IMG/VR virus record: IMGVR_UViG_3300044632_001278
Length of the DNA: 64,000 nt
Direction: 5' to 3' (one strand)
Source of the DNA: a virus
Made by a program: the position numbers and the translations under genes. Position 1 is the stretch's first letter. Every line of letters starts with the position of its first letter. Below are positions 38,074-46,715 of this stretch, in pieces. The notes below the pieces were generated by a model that worked only from the letters and a program-made list of their open reading frames with translations, searched no databases and was not told the DNA's origin.

Positions 38074-39017
38074 TGAATACTTACATTCGTAGTTTTATGG
38101 CCATTCCTTCACTCAATGAAGATGGGTTACACACTGGGGGTATTGCTGGTTTCTTGAAGAGCATTGGATATGCAATTAAATTACTTTCTCCTACCCGAGT
38201 TATTATTGTATTTGATGGTAAAGGTGGTAGTCAGAAACGCAGAAAGATATATCCAGGTTACAAAAACGGCAGAAAGACTGATATTCGTCTCAACCGTAAT
38301 TACGAAGAATTATCTTCATCACAGATTGAATCTGTTAACTTCAAAAAAGAATTGATTCGTACTGTAAATTATTTGGACACGTTGCCTGTAACAGTTATGG
38401 CAATTGATCAAATAGAAGCGGACGACACAATTGCTTATTTAGCTAAAGAAACTTTTAAGGACAGTAATGTAACAATTATGTCTACTGATAAAGATTTTCT
38501 TCAACTAGCAAGTGACAAGATTAAAATCTGGAGTCCTGTAAAAAAGAAAATTTTTGGTTGTAAAGAAATAGTGGATGAATATGGAATTACTTGCAATAAC
38601 TTTGTTTTATACAGAGTTATGGAAGGTGACGTTAGCGACAACATACCTGGACTAGATGGTGTGGGTTTAAAACGTGTAGTAAAAGCATTTCCATTTTTAT
38701 CAGACGGTCAACAATATGGATTACAAGAAATTTATAATTACTCTGAAAACAACAGAGGTAAATATAAAATATACGATACTGTATTGGATAATAAGTTGTT
38801 ACTAGAAAGAAATCACTCTCTGATGCAATTGAGTGATACGCAGGTTCAGTCATTTACACAATTACGTATAGAAGAAATAATAAAGACTCCTATTCGTAAA
38901 ATAGATAAAATGACTTTTACGAAGTTGATTACAGAAGACAAAATGTGGAATAATATCCCAAATTATCACATTTGGTTGAATGAGTGTTTTGGCAAACTAA
39001 ACAGTTTCATCGAATAA
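38073..39017 (+). CDS. 5'-3' flap exonuclease / T4 RNase H-like, C-terminal part
   Basis: VFDGKG, YKNGR, EADDTIA, STDKDFLQL and GDVSDNIPGLDGVG motifs. Motif I is missing here and lies in the upstream fragment. Confidence 0.85.
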   Translation: MNTYIRSFMAIPSLNEDGLHTGGIAGFLKSIGYAIKLLSPTRVIIVFDGKGGSQKRRKIYPGYKNGRKTDIRLNRNYEELSSSQIESVNFKKELIRTVNYLDTLPVTVMAIDQIEADDTIAYLAKETFKDSNVTIMSTDKDFLQLASDKIKIWSPVKKKIFGCKEIVDEYGITCNNFVLYRVMEGDVSDNIPGLDGVGLKRVVKAFPFLSDGQQYGLQEIYNYSENNRGKYKIYDTVLDNKLLLERNHSLMQLSDTQVQSFTQLRIEEIIKTPIRKIDKMTFTKLITEDKMWNNIPNYHIWLNECFGKLNSFIE

Positions 39018-39078
39018 AAAATAAACGTTATTTAAACGTTGTGGTTGGTAAAAAACAGTGGTATAGTAGAGTTATCTT

Positions 39079-40461
39079 ATGGAAAACAAAAAAGCAATTG
39101 ATTCATTAACAAAATATGGCCGTGACTTCCAAATCAAGTGTATTTCGTGCTTGATATCTGATCGTTCATTTATTGAACGAATTCACGATATTATTGAAGT
39201 AGACTTCTTTGAAAGTGATGCAAATAAGTGGGTAGTAAAAGAAAGTATTAAATATTTCAATGAGTATAAAGATCTTCCAACATTAACAGTATTCAAAATT
39301 AAATTGGATGAGATCAATGATGAACTTCTAAAACGAAGCATAGTAGACAATCTCAAATTGGTATATCAAAAGGTTAGTGATAGTGATTTGAAATTTGTCA
39401 AAGAACAGTTTTTGGAATTCTGTAAGAATCAAAAGCTAAAGAACGCTATTATTGAAAGTGCTGATCTATTGGCACTTGGTCAATACGAAAAGATTAAAAA
39501 CGTAGTTGACCACGCAATGAAAGCTGGTATGGAACGTAATATCGGTCACGATTACTCTGAAGACGTTGAAAAACGTATGAGTGTAATGAGTCGCAATTGT
39601 GTCAAGACCAATTGGACTGAAATTGATACCATTATGGATGGTGGATTGGCGGCCGGCGAACTTGGTATTATTACAGCTTGTGCTGGTAGTGGTAAGAGTT
39701 GGGTACTATCCAAGTTGGGTGCCGAAGCAATGAAGCAGGGTAAGAATGTAGTTCATTTTACTCTAGAGTTGAATGAAAACTATGTGGGTCTTCGTTATGA
39801 TGCTTGTTTTACTGGAATTGATTTCCAAAACATTCGTAACAACGTTGATATCGTAAAACAGAAGATTGCTGATGTACCAGGCAAGTTGAAGATCAAATAC
39901 TTCCCAATCAAGACAGTTAGTGCTTATAGTTTAAAAGCACATTGTGAACGATTGGCTGTACTTGGTACAAAGGTAGATATGATTATCGTTGACTACGCTG
40001 ATATTCTACGTCCTTCTCAGAGTGAACGTAATAGTAACAGTTATAGTGAAGCTGGTGGTATTTATGAAGAACTACGTGGTGTAGCTGGTGAACTACAAGT
40101 TCCTATTTGGAGTGCTTCACAGAGCAATCGTGCTGCTATGGATGAAGATATCATTCAGGCTAATAACATTGCTGATAGTTATCGTAAGATTATGACTGCT
40201 GACTTCGTTATGTCACTCAGTCGTAAAGTTAACGATAAACAGGCAAATACAGCACGATTCCACGTAATTAAGAATCGTTTCGGACCAGATGGTTTGACAT
40301 TCCCAAGTAAGATGAACGCTGGTTGTGGTCACATTGAAATTTATGGAGAAAATAGCCGTGAGGGTATGAGTATTCTAAATGAAATGATGGATGGAGAAAA
40401 TCAAGTTAAAAAAGCACTAAAGTCCAAGTGGAATGTACATAACAGCGATGACGAAGAATAA
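39079..40461 (+). CDS. Replicative DnaB-like helicase (T4 gp41-like)
   Basis: Walker A AGSGKS, HFTLEL, IIVDYADIL, SASQSNR and KNRFG. Confidence 0.9.
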   Translation: MENKKAIDSLTKYGRDFQIKCISCLISDRSFIERIHDIIEVDFFESDANKWVVKESIKYFNEYKDLPTLTVFKIKLDEINDELLKRSIVDNLKLVYQKVSDSDLKFVKEQFLEFCKNQKLKNAIIESADLLALGQYEKIKNVVDHAMKAGMERNIGHDYSEDVEKRMSVMSRNCVKTNWTEIDTIMDGGLAAGELGIITACAGSGKSWVLSKLGAEAMKQGKNVVHFTLELNENYVGLRYDACFTGIDFQNIRNNVDIVKQKIADVPGKLKIKYFPIKTVSAYSLKAHCERLAVLGTKVDMIIVDYADILRPSQSERNSNSYSEAGGIYEELRGVAGELQVPIWSASQSNRAAMDEDIIQANNIADSYRKIMTADFVMSLSRKVNDKQANTARFHVIKNRFGPDGLTFPSKMNAGCGHIEIYGENSREGMSILNEMMDGENQVKKALKSKWNVHNSDDEE

Positions 40462-40562
40462 TTTATAGTATGTAACGCACAAAAAACGTATAAAAAAATT
40501 ATTAAAAAGTTATAATCTAAACACACAATAGACTATCCAAAAGATAGTTATTTTTTACCCAT

Positions 40563-42851
40563 ATGAATAAAGAAATTTTTATAAAGAAAAGAAATGGTAA
40601 CGTCGAGAAATTCAATGCAGATAAAATCAATAAGATTTTGCAATGGGCTACCGAAGACATAAAAAGTGTTAGTTTTGAAGAAGTTGCAATGAATGCGCAT
40701 CTATCGTTTTTCGATGGTATGACATCCAAAGACATTCATGCAATGTTGATTGAAGCTTCTGCAAATCTAATTTCTGAAGATAAGCCCAATTATCAATATG
40801 TAGCTTCACGTTTATTGAATTACCAGTTACGTAAGAATGTTTGGGGTGGTAAGAATCCTCCTAAACTATATGATATCGTCAAAGCAAATATTGATGCTTT
40901 GGTATATGATGAAGAAATTTTAAATTGGTACACCAAACAAGAGTTTGATAAGCTAGATGAATTTTTACGTCATGACCGTGATTTTAATTTCACATATGCT
41001 GGTATTAAACAGTTGTGTGATAAGTATATGGTTCAAAATCGTGTAACCAAACAGATTTATGAAACCCCACAGTTTGCTTATATGCTTATCGCAATGACAT
41101 TCTTTAAAGGTTATAAAGAAAATCGTCTTGATTATATCAAGAAGGCTTACAACTACTTTAGTAAGCATAAGATTAATCTACCAACCCCTATTATGGCGGG
41201 TGTAAGAACTCCAATGAAGAGTTATGCTAGTTGTTCACTATTTACTGTAGACGATGATCTTCGTAGTATTTTCAGTAACAATAGTGCTGTGGGATTTGCT
41301 ACAGCTAGTCGTTATGGTATTGGATTGAATCTATCCAGACTACGTGCTACTAACGCTCCTATTCGTAATGGTGAAGTTGTACATACAGGACCAATTCCAT
41401 TTGCTAAAGCATTTGAATCTACTGTAAAAAGTTGTCACCAAAATGGTATTCGTGGTGGTAGTGCAACTGTTAACTTTGCCTGGTTCCATTATGATATTCT
41501 AGATATTCTTGTATTGAAGAACAATCAAGGTACTGATGATAACCGAGTACGCAAGTTGGACTATTGTGTGGGATTGGATAAGTTAATCTTTGAACGTTTT
41601 TTGAAGAATCAAGACGTAACACTATTTAGTTATCACGAATGTCCTTCACTGTGGAATACTTTTGGTATGGAAGGATTCAAAGAGAAGTACGAAAAGGCTG
41701 AAGCCAACAAAAACATTAAGTTCAAGAAGAAAGTACCCGCTCGTGAATTGATGGGTCTATTGGCTAAAGAACGTCTTGAAACTGGACGTATTTATACAAT
41801 GTTCGTTGATCACGCAAATGAACACGGTAGTTGGTTGGATCAAGTAGATACAAGCAATCTATGTCTTGAAGTTAACCATCCACTAATTCCAATTTATGAT
41901 GTAAATGATCCAGATGGTGAAATTGGTGTTTGTGTCTTAGCAGCACTAAATTGGTTGGAAATCAAGGATGATAATGAAATGGAAAGTGTTTGTGATATCA
42001 TTGTCAGAATGTTGGATGCTTTGATTGATCATCAAGAATATTTTGTACCAGCAGCAAAGAATTTTGCTACTAAACGTCGTAGTCTTGGTGTAGGCGTAAG
42101 TAACTTGGCTGCTCTATTGGCTAAAGAAGAATTGAAGTACTGGGATGTTAACGCTCCTAACTTTGTTTCTAAGTGGATGGAAAAGACCAGTTACTATCTA
42201 ATCAAGGCTAGTGTTGAAATGGCAAAAGAATTGGGTAAATGTGAAAAGTTTGATCGTACCAAGTTCAGTCAAGGTATTTTGCCAATCGATACTTATAAGC
42301 GAGATGTAGATGAATTTATTACAGAACCACTACATTGTGATTGGGAAACACTTCGTGAAGAAATCAAGAAGTACGGTATGAGACACAGTACACTTACAGC
42401 TTGTATGCCTGTTGAATCTAGTAGTGTAATTCAGAGCAGCACCAATGGCATTGAACCACCGCGTAGTGCTATTAGCTTCAAGGGAAGCAAGAGTAACATT
42501 TTGCCTGTGGTAGTTCCTAATATTGATAAGTACAAAGACAATTATACTTTTGCTTTTGATATGCCAAGTAATGAAGGTTACCTAAAGGTAGCAGCTGCTA
42601 TCCAAAAGTTTACAGATATGAGTATCAGTACAAATACGTACTATATTCCATCACGTTACGAGAAGAATAAGGTGCCAGTTGAAGTTGTTATTAAAGACAT
42701 CTTGTTGGCATACAAGTATGGATTGAAGAATCTATATTATGCTAATACCGATGACGGCGACAAACAGACCGCTATGGAAACAAAATCTGTTGAGGCGAAA
42801 ACAAAAGTACAAGAAGAATCTGGTTGTGCCAGTGGCGCTTGTGCTCTATAA
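40563..42851 (+). CDS. nrdA: Ribonucleotide reductase class Ia alpha subunit
   Basis: N-terminal ATP cone, PTPIMAG, ASCSL, SNLCLE and C-terminal CASGACAL. Confidence 0.95.
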   Translation: MNKEIFIKKRNGNVEKFNADKINKILQWATEDIKSVSFEEVAMNAHLSFFDGMTSKDIHAMLIEASANLISEDKPNYQYVASRLLNYQLRKNVWGGKNPPKLYDIVKANIDALVYDEEILNWYTKQEFDKLDEFLRHDRDFNFTYAGIKQLCDKYMVQNRVTKQIYETPQFAYMLIAMTFFKGYKENRLDYIKKAYNYFSKHKINLPTPIMAGVRTPMKSYASCSLFTVDDDLRSIFSNNSAVGFATASRYGIGLNLSRLRATNAPIRNGEVVHTGPIPFAKAFESTVKSCHQNGIRGGSATVNFAWFHYDILDILVLKNNQGTDDNRVRKLDYCVGLDKLIFERFLKNQDVTLFSYHECPSLWNTFGMEGFKEKYEKAEANKNIKFKKKVPARELMGLLAKERLETGRIYTMFVDHANEHGSWLDQVDTSNLCLEVNHPLIPIYDVNDPDGEIGVCVLAALNWLEIKDDNEMESVCDIIVRMLDALIDHQEYFVPAAKNFATKRRSLGVGVSNLAALLAKEELKYWDVNAPNFVSKWMEKTSYYLIKASVEMAKELGKCEKFDRTKFSQGILPIDTYKRDVDEFITEPLHCDWETLREEIKKYGMRHSTLTACMPVESSSVIQSSTNGIEPPRSAISFKGSKSNILPVVVPNIDKYKDNYTFAFDMPSNEGYLKVAAAIQKFTDMSISTNTYYIPSRYEKNKVPVEVVIKDILLAYKYGLKNLYYANTDDGDKQTAMETKSVEAKTKVQEESGCASGACAL

Positions 42852-42862
42852 TAGGAGGATAT

Positions 42863-43921
42863 ATGAAGACAGTATTAAATAAGAAAAACATAGATCAGTT
42901 ACGTAATCCAATGTTCTTGGGAGAAGATTTATCGCTACAACGATATGATCAGATCAAGTATCCTAAGTTTTACGAGTTGTATGATCAACAACTAAACTTC
43001 TTTTGGAGACCCCAAGAAGTATCATTGGTGAAGGACATTAGTGACTACAAGAATCTTTCACCAGAAGAACGATTTGTTTTTGATAGCAATCTCAAGTTTC
43101 AAACTATGACTGATAGTATGTTGAGTCGTAGTATTCACGAATTAATGAAGCACGTTACAAATAGTGAATTGGAAATTTGTATGAATTCGTGGAGTTTCTT
43201 TGAAACTATTCACAGTAACAGTTATACATACATTCTAAACAATGTTTACCCAGATGCTACCAAGTTCTTTGATAGTGTCTTAGAAGACGAAGAAATCGTG
43301 AAACGTGCTAAGGCTATTAGTAAGAAGTATGACGAACTATTGGCACCATCAAATGATGTTAAACAACAATTGTTTGATGCGGTACTAGCAACTCAAATTA
43401 CTGAAGGGTTGATCTTCTATGTATCATTTGCTTGTAGTTTCTACTTTGGATATCGTGGAAAGATGGAGGGTAATAGTAAGATTATTAAGTTTATCAGTAG
43501 AGATGAAAATCTACACGTAGCTATTACTCAGAACATTATGAAGAACTGGATTAATAACCCAGAAGAAGGCTTCCAAGATATTGTTAAGAAGAACGAAGAC
43601 AAGATCTATGCTGCTTATGAAATGGCAGTTAATGCAGAAAAAGACTGGGCTGATTATCTATTCAGTAAAGGTAATCTAGTAGGTTTGACCAGCGAAAGTC
43701 TCAAACACTATGTTGAATGGTTGGCCAACAATCGTTTATCTAGTATGGGATACAAGAAACTATATCCTACAGCCAAGACAAATCCATTGGCTGGATGGTT
43801 GGATAGTTACTACGATAGCAAGAAGTTACAGGTAGCCCCCCAAGAAACTGAATTGAGCAGTTACGTTAAAGGTGTTGATAATACCATTAGCGAGGGTGCT
43901 TTTGATGACTTCAAACTATAA
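42863..43921 (+). CDS. nrdB: Ribonucleotide reductase class Ia beta subunit
   Basis: FFWRPQEV, ETIHSNSY, EGLIFYVSF, RDENLH and VAPQETE. AGGAGG RBS before the ATG at 42863. Confidence 0.95.
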   Translation: MKTVLNKKNIDQLRNPMFLGEDLSLQRYDQIKYPKFYELYDQQLNFFWRPQEVSLVKDISDYKNLSPEERFVFDSNLKFQTMTDSMLSRSIHELMKHVTNSELEICMNSWSFFETIHSNSYTYILNNVYPDATKFFDSVLEDEEIVKRAKAISKKYDELLAPSNDVKQQLFDAVLATQITEGLIFYVSFACSFYFGYRGKMEGNSKIIKFISRDENLHVAITQNIMKNWINNPEEGFQDIVKKNEDKIYAAYEMAVNAEKDWADYLFSKGNLVGLTSESLKHYVEWLANNRLSSMGYKKLYPTAKTNPLAGWLDSYYDSKKLQVAPQETELSSYVKGVDNTISEGAFDDFKL

Positions 43922-43948
43922 TTACAATTGTAAATAATTAAAAAATGT

Positions 43949-43978
43949 AACGGGTACTTTAAATAGTATCCGTTTTTT
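43949..43978 (+). terminator. Rho-independent terminator after nrdB
   Basis: AACGGGTACT / AGTATCCGTT stem followed by TTTT. Confidence 0.7.
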
Positions 43979-44002
43979 ATTATATTTATATTCATCTTTA
44001 TT

Positions 44003-44557
44003 ATGGAAATCATTTTCGCATATCTTGAAAAAATATTGGTAATTAGTGCAGCTGGTGGGGTGCTTTTTGGAGCATTCAAGTGGGTATTTACCTTAAATCG
44101 GAACGTAAAAGAAATATTAAAAGAAGTAAAGCCTAACTCTGGTACTTCTTTAAAAGATCAAGTTGCTAAGATAGAAAAACAAGTATGTCACGATAGTAAT
44201 TTAATTAATACTATATGTACCCGTCAAAAGTGGATACTTGATACCAGACCTGAACCCATATTTGAATGTGATACAAACGGCAACTGTACGTGGGTAAATG
44301 AAAAGTATTGTCAGTTATTGAAACACGATGTGGAATATTTCTTGGGCAATGGATGGAAAAATGGTGTACATAGTGAAGATTTGGAAATGGTAGAAAAAGA
44401 GTGGGAAAGAACTATTAAAGATAAAAGAAGCAGTGTTAGTACGCACAGAGTGGTTGATAGAGAGGGTACAATATATGAAGTTAAAGTAATAGCTACTAGA
44501 AATGATAATTATGGGTATATAGGACATATAGAAGTATTGGACAATAAAAAAGATTAA
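44003..44557 (+). CDS. Membrane-anchored PAS-domain protein
   Basis: N-terminal TM helix, KPNSGTSLKDQV linker, then PAS pattern IFECDTNGNCTWVNEKYCQLL...LGNGWKNGVHSEDLE...HRVVDREG. Confidence 0.75.
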   Translation: MEIIFAYLEKILVISAAGGVLFGAFKWVFTLNRNVKEILKEVKPNSGTSLKDQVAKIEKQVCHDSNLINTICTRQKWILDTRPEPIFECDTNGNCTWVNEKYCQLLKHDVEYFLGNGWKNGVHSEDLEMVEKEWERTIKDKRSSVSTHRVVDREGTIYEVKVIATRNDNYGYIGHIEVLDNKKD

Positions 44558-44594
44558 TAATCCGCTACCTACTACTATTTATATGTATATTAAT

Positions 44595-45230
44595 ATGAAG
44601 CCTTCTAAACAACTAGTAAACAGACTTGTAAAAGAAACCTTGGAACAAAAGTATACTTGCGCAAAAGAATCGTGGGAGTCAATGATTGAAGATTTATCCA
44701 AGGATATCAAGAAACCTATTACATTGGATGACGCGGGAAATTACAATGTATGTGAATGTGAACCATATCATATTAGCTTGAGACCAATTGTACACGATAT
44801 ATTTGATGTATTAGCATACAGAGATACTAGTGATCGTACTAAAAAGCTATTTATGAAGTACGAAGATGTGAAGAAATTCGTTAAAGAATATCTAAAATCA
44901 GATACCAAAAACTACGTTGATAGCGCATTGGCAAAGGGTGTAGAAAATAGCAAAGATAAACAAGGTGGCAAAAAGGCTGATGCACAATCTGAAAAAGAAG
45001 AAAATGTAGTAGATCCTATAAAAGGATTTAAAATTGTCAAAGATATCAAGGTTGAAAAGATGAACGATCCAAAAGACGATCCTACTCAACCAATGCAAGC
45101 TGTTGGTAAATTTGCTAAACAAGGTGATCATAAACCAAAGAAAGCAGAATATGTACCACCCACATTGCCAAAAAATCTTCAAAAGTTGGTTGTAAAGTAT
45201 ACTAAGGCTGGTAAAGCTAAGAAGAAATAA
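44595..45230 (+). CDS. Hypothetical Lys-rich protein, probably late/virion-associated
   Basis: ORF with a TATTTATA element upstream. The ATG at 44595 is preferred as start. Confidence 0.5.
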   Translation: MKPSKQLVNRLVKETLEQKYTCAKESWESMIEDLSKDIKKPITLDDAGNYNVCECEPYHISLRPIVHDIFDVLAYRDTSDRTKKLFMKYEDVKKFVKEYLKSDTKNYVDSALAKGVENSKDKQGGKKADAQSEKEENVVDPIKGFKIVKDIKVEKMNDPKDDPTQPMQAVGKFAKQGDHKPKKAEYVPPTLPKNLQKLVVKYTKAGKAKKK

Positions 45231-45259
45231 TTGACACTTTTTGATTTTTGATGTACTAT
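45231..45259 (+). promoter_or_regulatory. Sigma70-like early promoter
   Basis: TTGACA-N17-TACTAT. Confidence 0.75.
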
Positions 45260-45286
45260 AAAAGTATATCTAAAAAAAGGATACAT

Positions 45287-45607
45287 ATGAATAAATTAAT
45301 TACTATCACAGTATTGAGTGCAACTTTAGCCTCTCAAACATTTGCTGGTGATAGAGAATGGGCAACAGTTGGTAAAGTATTGACAGGTGTAGTTGCGATT
45401 GAAGCTATTGGTAGAATTGTTAATCCCCCAACACAAGTTGTATATGTTCAACCACAACCAGTGGTTTATGCGCAACCAGTAGTAGTACATCCTCAACCAG
45501 TTGTTTATTATCAACCTGCTCCTGTTGTATATTATCAACCACAACCTGTGGTAGTATATGGTGGATGGGGTCGTCCAGTATATCATTATCATCATCACCA
45601 TCATTGA
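45287..45607 (+). CDS. Secreted Pro/Val/Tyr/Gln-rich small protein with His tail
   Basis: Sec signal ending TFA, then GDREWATVGKVLTG, (QP.PVVY)n repeats and HYHHHHH. AAGGA RBS. Has its own promoter and terminator. Confidence 0.7.
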   Translation: MNKLITITVLSATLASQTFAGDREWATVGKVLTGVVAIEAIGRIVNPPTQVVYVQPQPVVYAQPVVVHPQPVVYYQPAPVVYYQPQPVVVYGGWGRPVYHYHHHHH

Positions 45608-45632
45608 TAATATTATTTTGATAAAACTCTAG

Positions 45633-45658
45633 AAACCACCGTAACAGGTGGTTTTTTT
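45633..45658 (+). terminator. Rho-independent terminator
   Basis: AAACCACC-GTAACA-GGTGGTTT plus a T run. Confidence 0.8.
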
Positions 45659-45668
45659 ATTTTTGGTG

Positions 45669-45696
45669 TTGACTTCTTATAAATCCGTGGTAAGAT
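45669..45696 (+). promoter_or_regulatory. Sigma70-like early promoter with extended -10
   Basis: TTGACT-N16-TAAGAT, with TGG immediately before the -10. Confidence 0.65.
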
Positions 45697-45718
45697 GATT
45701 TTACGGTAAGAAACACAT

Positions 45719-46690
45719 ATGAAAAATAAAAATTCACTAAATCTGGTTACTGGCAAGGACTTCAATATCAAGACATATTTAGATACTTGCGTTAATCTAC
45801 GTCCCAGTTCATTGATTATGGATGATCTGAAGTGGAAGTATATGGTACGTAGTGCTATTCGTGGCAAGAACATTCTGCTTCTTGGTCCAACTGGTTGTGG
45901 TAAGACTCTAGCTGCTCAGACTGTAGCTAAGGCAATTGGTCGTGAAGATAACTTCTTCTATTTTAATCTGGGTGCTACTCAAGATGCTCGTAGTGCTTTG
46001 ATTGGTAATACTCATTTTGACAAAAAGACGGGTACTCTATTCAAGGAGTCATCTTTTATTAAAGCTATTCGTACTCCTAATGCCATCATTCTTCTTGACG
46101 AAATTAGTCGTAGTCATCACGATGGTGTTAATATTCTAATGACTGTTCTAGATGATCTACAGCGTTATCTTCGTTTGGATGAAAAGGAAGACAGTGAAGT
46201 TGTAAAGGTAGCTGATGGTGTTACATTTATTGCTACCGCCAACGTTGGTAACGAGTACACCGCTACCCGTGTAATGGATCGTGCTCTATTGTCACGTTTT
46301 CCAGTTAAGATTGAGGTTACTCCACTTGATAAGGACAGTGAGTATAATCTTCTTAAGAATCGGTTCAATTTGAATACCGAAGATCATCTTGGTATCTTGA
46401 AGGCTGTTTGTGAAATTGCTGAACATACTCGTAAGCAAGTAAAGCAGGACGACAGCAAGCTAACTAATTTTATTCCAACACGTAGTACAGTTGAAATTGC
46501 TGAACTAATTGTTGACGGATTTAATTTACTTGAAATCGCAGAAACTACCATCTATCCTAACTTCAGTGACGATGGCGGTGTTGACAGTGAACGTACCTAC
46601 ATTCGTCAGTTGGTACAAAAGTATGTAAAGGTTGAATCAAAGGATAAGCTATTTAATGATCCTCTAAAGAGTGATCAGCCTCCTTTCTAA
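45719..46690 (+). CDS. MoxR/CbbQ/NorQ-type AAA+ ATPase
   Basis: GPTGCGKT, ILLDEISR, ATANVG and MDRALLSRF. Confidence 0.85.
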   Translation: MKNKNSLNLVTGKDFNIKTYLDTCVNLRPSSLIMDDLKWKYMVRSAIRGKNILLLGPTGCGKTLAAQTVAKAIGREDNFFYFNLGATQDARSALIGNTHFDKKTGTLFKESSFIKAIRTPNAIILLDEISRSHHDGVNILMTVLDDLQRYLRLDEKEDSEVVKVADGVTFIATANVGNEYTATRVMDRALLSRFPVKIEVTPLDKDSEYNLLKNRFNLNTEDHLGILKAVCEIAEHTRKQVKQDDSKLTNFIPTRSTVEIAELIVDGFNLLEIAETTIYPNFSDDGGVDSERTYIRQLVQKYVKVESKDKLFNDPLKSDQPPF

Positions 46691-46715
46691 GTTAAATTAT
46701 TAAAAACAAATTATT

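Noticed and set aside
36982-38075. Group I intron or intein around the endonuclease
   Set aside because: recA ends normally, the endonuclease is intergenic, the interruption in the FEN gene is only 5 nt, and I could not see intron core elements or intein motifs.
38068-38076. Stop-codon reassignment (TAG to Gln) as the explanation for the split FEN gene
   Set aside because: TAG is followed in frame by TGA and the downstream part is in another frame. Other genes are full length in the standard code.
40462-40562. NrdR box upstream of nrdA
   Set aside because: Only a partial ACAC.ATA similarity and a small ACTATC/GATAGT hairpin, with no convincing 16-bp palindrome.
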